Assembly (NCBI GenBank): GCA_033442325.1
Contig: JAWQFM010000016.1
Location: 409,543-473,542 of the forward strand
Origin: Salpingoeca rosetta
Lineage: Eukaryota; Protista; Choanoflagellata
Direction of reading: 5' to 3'
DNA length: 64,000 nucleotides
Of this stretch, positions 26,801 through 40,505 are shown piece by piece. The notes under the pieces are model-generated. The model was not told the DNA's origin. It ran no database searches and worked only from the letters and a program-made list of their open reading frames with translations. Positions within the stretch are counted from its first letter, which is position 1. Each line of letters starts with the position of its first letter. Both the position numbers and the translations under genes were made by a program.

Positions 26801-29800
26801 ACACACACCAGCGTGTCCTGCTTCAACAGGTTGAGACTGATGGGCTCCAGCTGCACAGCGATGAGCTGCGACGGCTGCGTCGACACAACACTGCCCTGCA
26901 GGTAGTCCACAGACGAGTAGCCGAGCTCCAGTGGCCCGCGCTCGTACGAGGACTGCAGTGACAGCGCCGACACGTTGAGCGAGCTGGCGTTGACTGTTTC
27001 ATCGAAATACAGCACGAGCACACCCGTGTCCAAATCAATGGACTGGAAACCATCTGTTGGCAGACGGGGACGAATCACGTCCTCAAAGTACACGTCCACC
27101 ACCTCTACCGCCTCTGGGACAACAAGACCCTCGGGGTCAGCAACAAAGCCCTCCTCCAAGTGCGCGACACAGTCGTCGCTTGCCGTGCACACGGGCACAG
27201 CCTTGAGCAAGTTGAGGTCCTGGGCCGACAGAATCACCGCCAGCGTGACCAAGTCGACGTCAATCACATGTGACGTGCTGGAGACGCGAAAGTCGACGGC
27301 GCCAGGCACGTTGCTGTCTGCCACGCTCGCGAGGAACCGAAGGTAAGTGATGTTTACTGCATTCACGTCCACAGGCTCCGAGAAGGCGAGCGTGATCACG
27401 CCCGTGGTCACGTTCACCTCGGAGAACACCAGCATCGGCGGCTGAGAGTCGGCAATGAACGAGCGGGGGAATTCCGCAGCGGACAGTGGCACGGGAACAA
27501 CCGGATTGCCGGCCATATCACGCACAAGCGATGGCCCAAAGCTGAGGGCCGTGCTGTTTCGCTGCGACGCCAAGGTGGTCGTTGCACGCAGGTACTCCGA
27601 ATCTTCCACAGACAAGTACACCGTCACAAAAGAGTCGTTGACTTGAGACACATATCCTCCAGTCAGCGTGTACACCTCCGAGGGACTGGCAGGGTTGTTG
27701 CTCAAGACGATGGATCGCACGTCAAACGTGGACACGTCAACGTTCTCGGAGAATTGCATGTGCATGGTGGCATTCACCATGTTCACGTCGTACACCTCCA
27801 GCTGGGGCGCAATGGCGTCGCGCGTGTATTGGTTCACGGGAAGGGCCAGCGTCGTGTCAATGGCAAAGACCATGTTGGTGGCCGTGTCATCCGTCACGCC
27901 ATCTTCCGTCACCAGATATGTGGTTCTGTTGGTGGTGGCCAGGTCAAACGCAAGCTCAAGCTCGCTCACATCCGCAGAGGACAACTTGGCCACGATTGTG
28001 GAAGGAAATCCTGCGCTAAGCAGCTGCCAGGACTCCAGCGCGGGTGCGCCAAGCCGCAGGGTGGATGTGGGCGAAGTGCGTGTGTTCTGCAGCGAAATCT
28101 TGGACAGGTTGAACGCTGCCGCCGACACGTTCTCGTCAAAGCTCAACGTTATCTCGTGCGAGGTCATGTTCAGGTCAAATGCCACGAGCCGTGGGCGCAC
28201 CAGGTCCACGCGATACACGCGCGGAGCAGCGTCAGCGGACACAGCAATGGGCACCATGGCGTTACCGGCCATGTCACGTGCAAACGTGCTCGTGCACGAG
28301 AGCACGGATGCCGTCTTGCTCTGCATCAGCGCTGGCACGGCCTTGATGGCCAGGCGGTCCGCGTCCGTGAGGTTGAACATGGCGCGGCGCGCGTCGATGC
28401 GCACCACGGGTGTACGGTCAGCCAGCGTCACGTTGAAGCGGCCTGTGTGGTCCCTGTTGAAGGTGAGCTGGGTGGCGTCGATGGAGGACGCGTTGATGGC
28501 CTCGTTGAACTCCAGCGTGACCGTGATGGGCAAAAGAAGACCATGCGCTCCCTCCGTCATTGTCAGGTCAAACGCCACCAACTCCGGTGGTGTGCGATCT
28601 GCCTCGTAGACACCGCCTGCACTCGCGGTGAGCGCAACAGCCTCGGCAGGCACGACGGCGTTGCCCGCCATGTCAACCACGGTGTCGCTGGCAAAGGAGA
28701 GGAAGGTGGAGGCGGCGTCCACCGCGAGAGACGTGGCCATCTGCATGCGGTCCAGGTTCTCTCGCGTCAGGGTGAGGGTGAGCTCCGCAGGGTCGTTCAT
28801 GATGCGGGTGGCGTCGAGTAGGCTGGGAACACCAACCACCTCGGCATCCACTCCGGGCGTGGCCATGGTCGCGTTGGCCGCGGACAGGAACACCAGCTTG
28901 CTGGCGTTGAAGGTGTTCACGTCGATGGGCTCCGTGAACGTGAGCGTCACGTTGCCGCTGTCCATGCTCAGGCTGTAGCCAATCAGTGCCGGGGCCACTG
29001 CATCTGGCACCAGCGTGCGCACAGCAACCTGCTCAACCGCAAGCACGCGGTTGCTCATGTAGTCGGTCACGAGCTGCGGCGTGAGGGACAGACAGGTCGT
29101 GTTGGCCAGTAGGCCAAGCGGCCGCCGCCACGCAAGCTCGTTGAAGTCAGACTCGTGCAAGTGCACGCGCAGCCCAAGCACGCCAAGCTCTTCAAGGGCT
29201 GGTAGAAACTCCAGCGTCCAGCTCGAGGTGACATTGGCGGTGACAATGACTGGCATCATCGCGCCATTGACACCCGTGCCATTCCGCATCACCATCGTGT
29301 CGTTCAGCCATGTCTGATTGTTGTACAGGGAGGTGGCGTTCAGAAGAGTGCCGTTCACGACCGCGCTAGCGTTGCCAAAGAGTACGCTTGGATCAACGCA
29401 GTCCATGCTGACGGTGAGCTGCGTGACGTTGAACGTTGCTGGAACCACGGGCTCGACAAAGTACAGGTCGAGCGTCCTGTTGCTCATGTCGAGGTCAAAG
29501 GCGCTCAGCTGCGGCCGCACGTGGTCCTGCACAAACACCGCTGGAGCGTGGAGGTCCGCGGCGGTGCGCGGCACAACGGGCTGGCTCGCCATGTCACGCA
29601 CAAACTGCGAGGTGATGGCAATAAAGGACGTGTTCCCGTTCACCATCAGCCCTGGGATGCGCATGATGTTGTAGATGTCGGCATGGGAGAGGTAAAACGC
29701 AATGCTCGTGTCGTTCACGCTCTCCGTCCTGGCGTCCATCACCGTGTAGGAGCTCAGGGAACTGGCATTATTGCTGTTGTTGCTGCTGCTGCTCTGAACC

Positions 29801-32800
29801 GCCGCCGACGCCGACGCATGGAAGGACAGCTGCGTGTAGTCGAGCGTGGTCACGTCCACGGGCTCCGAGAAGAACATGTCCACGCGAAGCTCGGGCCCAC
29901 CGCCGTTGTGGCTCGTCGGGTCTGTGAGGTTCATGTCAATGTCAAACGCCAGCAGACGTGGCGAGACGGTGTCCGGGTAAAACGCGGACGCATGCAGCGC
30001 CGTTGCGTTCTCCGCCACGGTGTTGGGAATGAGCGTTCCGTTGACTGTCGACGCCGGTGTGGGGATGGGCACAACGGCAAAGTCCGACATGTCTGCCAGG
30101 AAGGTGGCGTTGTGGCTGATGTACGTGGTGGCCAGCGAGGAAGCGAGCGCAACGTCCCGCTTGATCTCGTCCATGTCGACCTTGAGCAGGTCCACCATGA
30201 TCCACACGGCCGAGGGCCAAGGGTAGTACTCAATGTCCTCACCATACACGGTTCCACCCGTGAGCTGCACCGCGCCATCCCCTTGCGGAGGGACATTGTC
30301 GGCGTTGGCGTCATACCCGATGGGCAGCGCATCAGGTGTGGCCTGCAGCACAATATGGTCCGGGCGCACCGTGCTCACGTTGATGGCCTCCGAGAACTGC
30401 AGCCAGAGCGTTCCCGCAGTCATGTTGAGGGAGAAGTCCACGAGCTCCGGCGCAACAGCGTCCACGACAAGCACATCCACCTTTCGGGTGATGGCCACCA
30501 CGCTCTGCAGCTCCACCACGCTTCGCAGCGCGCCTTCCTGCAGCCGCACAAAGGTGTTGTCGCGCGTTGTGGCGAGGTCTGGTCGCCGCTTCAGCGCATT
30601 CAAATCGTGCTGTGTCAGCTGCACAACAATGTCAAAGCCATGCGGGCTGGCCGTCGAACCGCCCTGCAGCGTGTAGTACTCTGGAACCATGGCGCCGGGC
30701 ACGATGTTCACAATGCCAGCGGACTGCTGTAGCACGATGCGGGTGGGGTCGAGCGTGGACGCGTTCACCACGTCGTCGAAGAACAGGTGCAGCTCCGCTG
30801 TGTTGATGTCAAGTGTCACGCGCTCCAGCACGGCTTGCGACGTGTCGGCCACGTACGAGTCTGGTGGCACACCTTGAAAGGCGCTCACGGGGTCAGACGG
30901 CAGCCCAAACTTGTCCTCAATCACGCCGGGGCCCATGGCAAGGAAGGTGTTTCCAATGTTCGTGGCAATGGTGCCGTCGAGCTTGAAGCTGCGAATGTCC
31001 TCGCGGTTCAGCAGCACCTCAATGGACGTCTTGTCTGTCGTGGCGTAACGCACGCTGCCGCCCGTCAGGGGCACCACCGTCCCGCCAAGCCCGTTGGAGA
31101 CGGAGATGATGCGAATGAGGTCGTACTGGATGGTGTCAATCTCAACCGCCTCGGAGAAGGTGAAGCGCAGCAGGTTGTCACGCAGATCAAACGCGTCAAA
31201 GGACACGAGCTCCGGGTTTGCCTCATCCGTCGTCACGGCAGACGCCTGCAGACCCTCGGCCATCGCCTGAATGGCGTTGTTGGACATGTCCGAGATGGCG
31301 CCAGCAGACAGCCGAATAAACGTGTCGTTCACGCCGGTGGCCATCCCCGTGACAGCCTTGATCTGGCGAATGTCTGCGGGCAACAGCTCCAGCGCCACAA
31401 GCGTCGAGTCGCGGCGGTCAGACACAAGCGTGGACCCCGTCAGCGTGTACGCGTTGCTGCTGTTGTAGATGCGGGTCCCCTGGATGGTGATGCGCTGCGC
31501 ATCGGTCGTGGCGCCGTCAACCGTCTCGTCAAACGTGAGCAGCAGCTGCCCCACGCGCTGGTCAAGCGTAAACGAGACAAGCTGTGGTGGCGTCGAGTCC
31601 GGCGTAAACGCGGCTGCACGCTCGTCCACGTTGAACGTGCCAACGGGGACGGCCTGCACCGGGTTGGCGTTCATGTCTGCAAACGCCGTCGCGTTGAAGC
31701 GCAGGTAGCACGTGGTGCGCGAGCGACAGATGCGCACCTGACCTGGTCGGAACTGCTTGAGTCGGTTCAGGTCGGCCACCGTCAGGTTCACCGTCACCTC
31801 AAGCACGTCCGGCGAAAACACGCTGCCGCCCGTGAGCTTGAAGAGATCCGTGGAGTCAAACGACTCCGCAAGCGCAATGGACGTGTAGTCGATGACAGAG
31901 ACGTCAATAATTTCGTTGAAGAGCACCTTGATGCGCCCATAGTTGAGGTCAAACCGCACAAAGTTCACCAGCTCTGGCCGGGTCGTGTCCTCCGCGAACG
32001 TGCGCACGCGCTTCGCAGCAGTGGGCGCAACCGCCCGCACTGCGTTGCCCGTCATATCCTGCAGCAGCGAGCGCTGAACGGAAATGAAACACGTCGTGTT
32101 GGACACGCACAGGCCCTCCCGGACTTTGAGTGAGTTCAGGTCGTCAAACGTCAGCAGCACAGAGAAGGTCGTGTACGCAAATGGGTCGGGCTGTGACGCC
32201 GGATAAGGATGTGTGTTGAACACTGCGCCGCCAGTGAGCGTGACACTCTGCACGGGTGCAGACACAGACCCGCTGCTGATGCTGAGGTTGGTGTTCACGG
32301 CATGCGACTGCAGCGTGATGCTCTGCACATGAATTGTGGACGCGTTGTACGCCTCGTTGAAGGTCAACGTGAGCACCTCCGACGTCAGGTTCAGGTCGAA
32401 CGACACGAGCTCGGGCGCAATCATGTCTGGGATCAGCAGTGCAGCGCGTTCGGCATCGTCCGCCCCGCGGGCCACAACATCAACGCCATTCATGTCCCTG
32501 ACCATGCCCTGCGCAAAGGAAAGCCATGTGGACGCGGGATCCATGGCGAGGCGTGTGTTCCAGTTGATGGTGTTGACGTCCGGCTGGGAGAGGCCAAACT
32601 CAAGAACAAGGCCGCTCGGTGTCAGCACCACGGCGCCGCTGAGCGTGATGCCCAGAGCGCCATCGCCACTGACGCTGATGACGGCGGTCTGCTCGCCTGC
32701 AAGCGTGATGAGCGAACCGTCGGCACTGGATGTGTTCACGGGCTCGTTGAAGGTGAGGCTGAGGACCTCCGATGTCATGTTCAGGTTGAAGGAGACCAGC

Positions 32801-35800
32801 TCAGGCGGGGTGATGTCGCCGAAGAACGACGCCGCCAACATGGCTGGCGCACCAACAGCCACGCTGGGGTTGCCGACCACGTCTGTCACCGTACCAGAGG
32901 TGAGATTCACATGCGTATCCCCGACACGCGTGGCCAGGGAAGTAAGCAGCTTGATCGCATTTGCGTCCTCAACGGAGATGGCCACCGCTTGCACGCTCGA
33001 GTTGCGGTACTCAAACAGGGTGCCGCTGCCTTGCGTCAGCGTGTACCTCTCGCCAGGAGTGCCACTGCTGCTGTACTGTTGCAGCGTGATGCCACCAACC
33101 AGGCCCGAAATGGACAGCACGGGTTCGTCGAAGGTAAACAGCAGTCGCTGGCTCGTCATGTTCAAGGAAAAGGACACCAGCTGAGGTGGCACCACATCGG
33201 CTGTGAAGTTGGCAACATGCAACACCGTGCTCGGCAACGTGGGAAGCGCTGGGTTGCCGCTTGCGTCTACAATCACGCTGCCATCCGTCAGCAGGAAGGC
33301 GTTCCCTGCGCTGGTGTAAAAGCTGCGGCTCAGAATCGATTCAATGTCCTCCTCATTCAACTGCACCGTCACTGTGAGCGACACTGTCCAGTCATATGGC
33401 GTGCTGGTGTCAGCAGACACGTTTGCTGCGGTGCCTGCTGGCGACTGGCCAACGATCGAGGTGGAGTTGGACAGCAGCCGGCGAGTCAGGCCGCGCTCCA
33501 GGGACGAGCGCGACTTGAGCACCGCAGCCGTCGCATTGAAGGACACCTGCCACACAGGCTCGGAGAAGGTGAGCACAAGCTGCCGTGATGTCATGTTTGC
33601 AGAAAATGCGAGCAGCTCAGGCTGAACCGTGTCTGCAACAAAGCTGGCGCTGCGAAGCGGTGTTGCCACTGCAGACGCTGTGTTGTTGTTGGCGCTAATG
33701 TCAAGCGCAAGCCCCGAAGAAGCACGCAGCCATGTCGTGTCTGTGGACACGACGAGCGCCGTGCGTCCCGCCAGCTCGTCAAAGTCCGCGCGAAGGAGGC
33801 GGAAGCGAACTGCCGTGTACGCCGGTGCGAGCGAGAGGTACGTGCAGTTGGCCAGCGCAAACGCAGAGGCATTGCCGCTGGGGCGAGGATACGGCTGTGC
33901 ACAGGGCAGCATTGTACGGGTTGGCCACGACGTTGCGTCAAACACAGGCTCAAACTCTGCTCCGCCCGTCAGTGTGAAGCTCGTGCGAGAATCACTTGAC
34001 TGGCTCGTGATGTTGTTGTTGTTGCTGTTGTTGTCGGCAGAAAGCGTAATCAGCTCCGGGGCAAGCGACATTGACAAGACGGGCTCGTCAAAGGTGAGCA
34101 CCATCTCCTGCGTGGTCATGTCAATCTCGAATGACTGCAGCCGAGGTGGTGTCTGGTCGACGTGAAGTGCGCTGCTGATCGTTGGTGTGTCTGCAAGAAG
34201 CTCGTTGCCGGCCATGTCCTGAACAAATTCAGGTGAAGCAGTCATCTGACACGCGGTCGCGTCGGAACACAATGGGCGCTTGGTTTTGATGGCTGTCATG
34301 TCCTCATAGGAGAGCGTGATGTTCACAACAAGCTCGGATGCAGAGATGGCGTTGAGTGTCGCATTGTTCACGATGTGTGACACGTGAGCACCGTCATGCA
34401 GGGTCAGGGTGTCAGTGCCATTGAATGTGCTCGCACGCACGGGCTCCGTGAAGGTGATGCTGAGGGAGCCGGCGTCCATGTCCACCACAAACGACTCAAC
34501 CGCCGGCGGCACCGCATCCCCAACAAACGACCGCACCCCAAGCGCTGCGTCCCCGCTCGTCGCCTCGCTCCCAACACCAAACACATCAGCAACAAGCGTC
34601 CCGTCGTGCCACACAAACGCCGTCTCCGCACTCGTCACAAGCGGCTCAAGCACCTTCATCGCATCCACGTCCGCCTTGGTCAGCGCAACATACACCCGCT
34701 CCTGGTCCTCGCTCCAGCTCACATCCCCTCCAACAAGCCGCCGCTCCGCAACAATGCCACTCCCGCCACCAACGGCCCCTGCTGACACCGCTGCCGACGC
34801 CGCTGCGCTCGCGTTCCCGTACGCCTGCAACACAAGCGCCGTCACATCCACCGTGCTCACATTCACGGCCTCGCTAAACTCAAGCCCAAGCACCTCAGAC
34901 GTCATGTTCAGCGTCGCGTTCACCACAACCGGCGCCCGCGTGTCCGCTACATACGCTGCCACCTGCAGCGCTCGGTCCCCGGGCACCCCAATCACGTCGT
35001 TGCCTCGAATGTCGTCAAGCATCGCCGCCCCAACGCTCACATAGCTGTTCCCGCGACGCCGCCCAACCCCGCCAACAAGCGCAAGCCCCAACACGTCCGC
35101 CGCCGCGAGATCAATCACCACCTCAAACCCAACATCGCTCTCCGTGCCGCTCCCGCCATCCTCAAGCAGCGTGTACCCAACAACGCCCCCAACACCAACC
35201 ACCCCGCGCCCGCTCTGCACCGTCACATGCTCAACCTTCAGCGTCCCAGGATCAACAACGTCGTCAAACGACAGCACAAGCTGCCGCGCCTGCATGTCAA
35301 GCACGCACTGCACCACGTTCGTCCGCTCAAGGTCCGCTGCGTGTGCCCGCGCCGCCTGCGCATCCTCCCGCCCAATCCCAAACACTGCGTTCCCCGCCAT
35401 GTCCGCCACAAGCTCAGGCCCAAACCACATGAAGCTCGTCCCCGCATCCGCTGCAAGCCCCGCCTGCCGCTTGATCGCCGTCTCGTCGTCCTCGCTCAGC
35501 GACACCACAACCCAGCTCTGCCCAACCTCAACACCGCTCGCGGCCGCAACATCGCTTGCGCTGCCAACGCTGCTCACGTCGTTGCCGCCCCCGCGCACGC
35601 TGCTCCCCTCGCTCAGCCGGTGCATCTCAACCGTCGTACCAGCACCAGCACCAGCAGCACTCGCGTTCCGCACGCTCTGCAGCACAACCGCGCCAACATC
35701 AAACGTGCTCACGTTCACGGGCTCGTTGAACAGCAGCCGGATCTCAGCCGCCTCAAGGTCAACATCAAACGCTGCAAGCCGCGGCCCAACAACGTCCCCA

Positions 35801-38800
35801 ATGTAACCCCGCGCACCAAGAGCGCCCGTCCGCTCAATCCCAACAACCCCGTTCGCCTCAAACGCCGTGTCCACAATCGCGCCAGCGCCCACGCTCAGGT
35901 ACGTCGTGCCCGCGCTGGAGCCAACACGCCGCGCCTTGATCGCACGCATGTCCTCCCCGCTCACGTCAACCACAACCACAAGCACGCCCTCTGCCGTGCT
36001 GGATGGCGCGCTGCTCTCCGTCAGGCAGTACACCTGCTGCGCCGTGGTCTCGTTTGCCGTGGGCTGCAGGCACACCTGCGTGGTGTCGAGCGACGCCGGG
36101 TCCACAATCTCGCTGAAGGAGAGGATGAGCGACGCCGCGCTGACGTCCAGCACAAACGACTCCAGCACCGGCGCAACCTCGTCACGCAGCAGCTGCTGTA
36201 CGGGCTGCCCTGGGAACGCCAGCTCGATGGGCTCGATGCTGTTGCCTGCCATGTCGTCGAGGAACGAAGCCGTGAAACGAGCGTAGCAGTTGCCAGCGAT
36301 GGTGCAGAGCAGGTTGTCCTGCTTGATAAAGTTGAGGTCGGTCGTACTCATCGTAATCTCCACGAGCGTGCTTGCCGTCTCGTTCTCGGGTGCCGTAACC
36401 TGCCCCGCTGCGATGGTGTGCTCGCTATACCCCTGGTTGGTGGACTGCTTCTCAAAAGTGGACTGCAGCACAATGTCAGAGGGCTGGATTGTGCTGAGGC
36501 GCACGGGCTCGCTGAAGGTGAGCACGATTGCGCCAACGTCAAGATCGATGCTGAGAAACCCTCGTGGCAGCAGCTGCGGGGACGTGACATCTGCATCATA
36601 AGCAGACGGCAGAACATCAACTGCAGCATCAACCGGGTTGTCGTTCGGATCTACCGCAAACGTGCTGTCGATACTGACAAAGCAGTCCGCGCCGTTTGCA
36701 CTGGCCGTACACAGGGGCAAGCTCTTGATTGTGTCCAGGTCCTCCTTATCCAGGACAACGCGTACCCGTGTGCCGAGCGACCCGTCAATCTCGGCGACTG
36801 TTGAAGCGTTGCTGATTCGGAAGAAGGCACGAGTGCTGCTGGCGCCTGCGGGTGCTGACGCCAGGGCGATGGCAGAGATGTTCAGCGTGGCCGGGTCAAG
36901 GGGCTCGATGAACGTAAAGTTGAGCGTGCCCGCGTCCATGTTTACGCCGAAATCGACCAGGTATGAGGGCTCGGTGTCCCGGGTGAGACCACCAACCCGC
37001 ACGCGCTTGGCGTTGTCCTGTTCAATGTAGACCACGGGGTTGCCGGCGGTGTCGAGAACAAAGTCAGACGGGAGCAGCTCTGGCGGCGCGTACAGCGGCC
37101 TGCGGTAGAGGTGCTCGATGCTGAGGTACGTGTTGACGCCGCGGGTGGCCAGCTCCTGATTGTACTTGATGGCGTTGACGTCGTGCGCGGTCAGGTTCAC
37201 GCGCACAACGGCGCGCTGCTCGTCGAGGTCAGAGATGTACCCGCCCGTCAGCTGGTACGTTGTCGTGCCGTTCACCTTTGTGTTCTGCAGGATGACGCGC
37301 TCGGGCTTGAGAGATGCTGGATTCACGGCCTCGGAGAACGTGAACGTGATGGCGTTGGTCGAGAGGTCAAGCGAGAAGCGAAGCAGGGTCGGCGGGAGCG
37401 TGTCCCGTGACACCACGGCCACCTGCAGTGCGTTTGCCGCCAGCACCTCATCGGCAAGGTTACCCACGGAGTCTTGCACGGCGCCCGCGCGGAGGCTGAG
37501 GAACGTGTCGCCAAGCGACGTGGCCAGGGAAGTTTTGCGCTGCAACGCATCCGCGTCGTCTGCGTTCAGTGCAAACGCAATGATTGCGTCACGGCTGCTG
37601 TTGGCAAGAACCGGCGAGCCGGCCGTGATGAGCGGGTCATCCGTGTAGTTTGCGGTGAGTGTGAGCGTCTGCAAGTTGGCGCATGTGCCGTCGCTGGCCG
37701 TGGCATCGGCGCAGTTCTGCAGCGTCATGAGGTGCGACTTGAACGTATCCTTACGCACGGGCTCGTTGAAGGTCACGGCAACCTGGTACTCGGAGAGATC
37801 CATGCTGAACGCCACGACAAACGGCGGCTGGTAGTCGACGTCGTAGCCAGACACCCCCAGCGCGTTCTGTGGATGCACGCGGACGGACGGGTTGCCGTTC
37901 ATGTCGGCGAAGGCGCCCTGATCAGCCGACAGGAAGGTGGAGTTGGCGTCGTGCAGCAGGCCTGCGCCCGCAAACCCGGGCTGCCCAATGGCGCTCTGGG
38001 CGACGACCGCAGCCACGTCAGCAGGCGTCAGCACAAACACAACCTCGCGCGTGTATGCGGGGGTCACAAGTGCCCCCGTGAGCGTGTGCTGGAATGACGC
38101 GTTCGCCGCTGCGCTGTGCAGTGCAATGAGACCCGGTTCGAGCGAGGAGGCGTTGACCACCTCCGAAAAGTGCACGTGCAGCTCTGTCAGGGAGTTGTTT
38201 GTGTCAGACCCGGCCACAATGTCAAACGAGAGCACTTTGGGCGGTGCAATGTCCTCGAGAAACTCCGACGGCTGCAGGGCTTGCGTGGCGTTGAGCGGAA
38301 ACACGGGGTTGTTGAATGTGTCGTTGACGGTCTTGGCTTGGACGGTCAGCAGCGTGTTTGCAATGTTTGTGGCCATCAGAGGATTGGCCTGCAGCGCAAA
38401 GATCTCTTCCGGTCGCAGCTGCACGCGTACCACCGTCGTCAGGTTGTTTGGATTCAGCTCAATGTCCTCCGCTAATGTTTGGAAGTCAAGGACAGAAAGG
38501 AAGACAAAACGGTGAGAACGGGTGAGTGAGTGAGTGTGTGTGTGTGTGCAAATGTATGTGAGTGTGTGCAAATGTCAGGTTGTATGTGTGTACGAGTGTG
38601 CAACTCTGTCTGCACAGGAAATGACACATCCGCACCCTTAACACACACTCACGCCACACACAAACACATACACACCACACACAAACACAACCGATGAATC
38701 AAGCAGATGAGCTACCTGCGATGAACTGCAGAAGGAAGGTGTGGCTGACATCCAACCCGGTGTTGTAGTCATCGGAGAGCGATGCAAGCACATACTCTGC

Positions 38801-39129
38801 CTCCTCGTTGAACAGATAGACAAACCCGCGACCGGCAACAATGTCCACACGTCCGGCGCCTGTGGCCGACCCATTCATGGCCAGTGCGCAGTCACGCTGC
38901 TCTGTTGGCACGCGGTTGCCAAACTGGTCCTGGGCCTCCACAAACAGCTTGTCAAAGCTTCCCGTGGGAATGGGCGTCAGAGGCTCCAGCACATACTTGG
39001 TCGTGGCGCCTGTGTGAATGTGTGTGTGTGCGTGTGTGCGTGTGTGTGTGTAGATTTGTGTGTGCGTGTGTGCGTATGTAAGTGTGTGAGAGAGAGTGAG
39101 TAAGTGTGTGTTTACAAGTGTGAGCGTGG

Positions 39130-39167
<38 letters not shown>

Positions 39168-40449
39168 ACAGATGTGTAAGCACGAGGCAGCAGCCACCCA
39201 CAACCCTTCCAAACGCCTGGATTTCAGGAACACCCAAGAGCATGTGCGCAAGACAGAGTGGCTGCTGACCTGGCACAAACTCTGTAAGCTGTGTGGACGT
39301 GACATCCACTCCTGAGCCCGAAAGATCCGACAGAGAGACGAGCACGTTGCCAGGGGTCGTCTTTGCGAGAAGCTGGGTCGCCGTGCCGTTGGCAATATCA
39401 AAGACGGTGGTCGCGTTGCTGGACAGCTGGAACACGGCGTCGCTGCTTGCGGTGACAACCACGTCTTGCTGCTCGTTGGTGTTGATGTTGCCATACATAT
39501 CAAGCGCAACCACGGTGACGTTCACGCCAGCGTCCACAGAGCCGGGCAGAGAAGGCTGGCCAAGCTGGCCACTTGGCAGAGGCAACAGCACAAACCGCCG
39601 TGTCTCCCCTGCACATGGATGGGTGGTGATTCGTGGTGAATGATGGTGGAGGCGGTGAATCAAATGGGAGGGGGTATCATGTCATGTGTGAGGATACGCT
39701 TGCAAACATGAGCAAACCCCCAACAGCAGCGTGCACACGCGCGCGCATTGTGACGGATGCCGTAAGGGTGACAATAACGAACAATATGACGCCGCAGGCC
39801 ATCCCTCCTCCTTCCATCCCAACCAGCAAACCAACAGACCAACTGCACGCAAGCAAAGAGGATACACGTGGAACAGGGCGCAATTTCGAACCAGGTTGGA
39901 TGGTGAAGAAGGACGGCGTCAACGGGAGAGCGAGCGTGGCCGGAGTGCCAACAGCAGGCAGCAACTCCAGCTCCACGGTCTGTGGCTGCGGCGTGAACAG
40001 CGTGTAAGCTCCCTCGCCACTCGCCACCGCCACGGTATGGTTGTCCGTGCCATTGTTGGAGTTGACACGGAGGAGAAGGTTGTAGGCATCAAACACGGCA
40101 ATATTGCTGTACTGGTCACGGACTTGAACACCGATGACATGATTGGTGTCCACGGTGTTCGTGGTTGGCAGCACAATGCTTACACTTGCACCAATATCTA
40201 ACGCAACAAACAATGCGCATGTGCAAGGCGTGTGAGAAATGCAAGAGCGTTGTATAACATGAAACATGTGCAAGTATGTACGTGTGTTTAATATGTGTGC
40301 ATGTGTGTGCATGTGCATATGTGTGCATGTGTGTGCATGTGCATATGTGTGCATGTGTGTGCATGTGCATGTGTGCATGTGTGTATGTGCGTGTGTGTAT
40401 GGTTGTGGGGTAATCATTGATGTGTACGTGATGTGTTCGTGTGTTGTGC

Positions 40450-40505
<56 letters not shown>

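Noticed and set aside
24935-36198. LTRs of a retrotransposon (1.76-kb direct repeats 9.5 kb apart)
   Set aside because: The repeats are in-frame coding sequence, with no TG...CA ends, PBS/PPT, or gag/pol motifs between them.
25726-36804. Several 400-525 aa plus-strand ORFs opposite the Ig-repeat gene
   Set aside because: Shadow frames of a GC-rich coding exon; they duplicate along with the repeat block and have no domain-like content.
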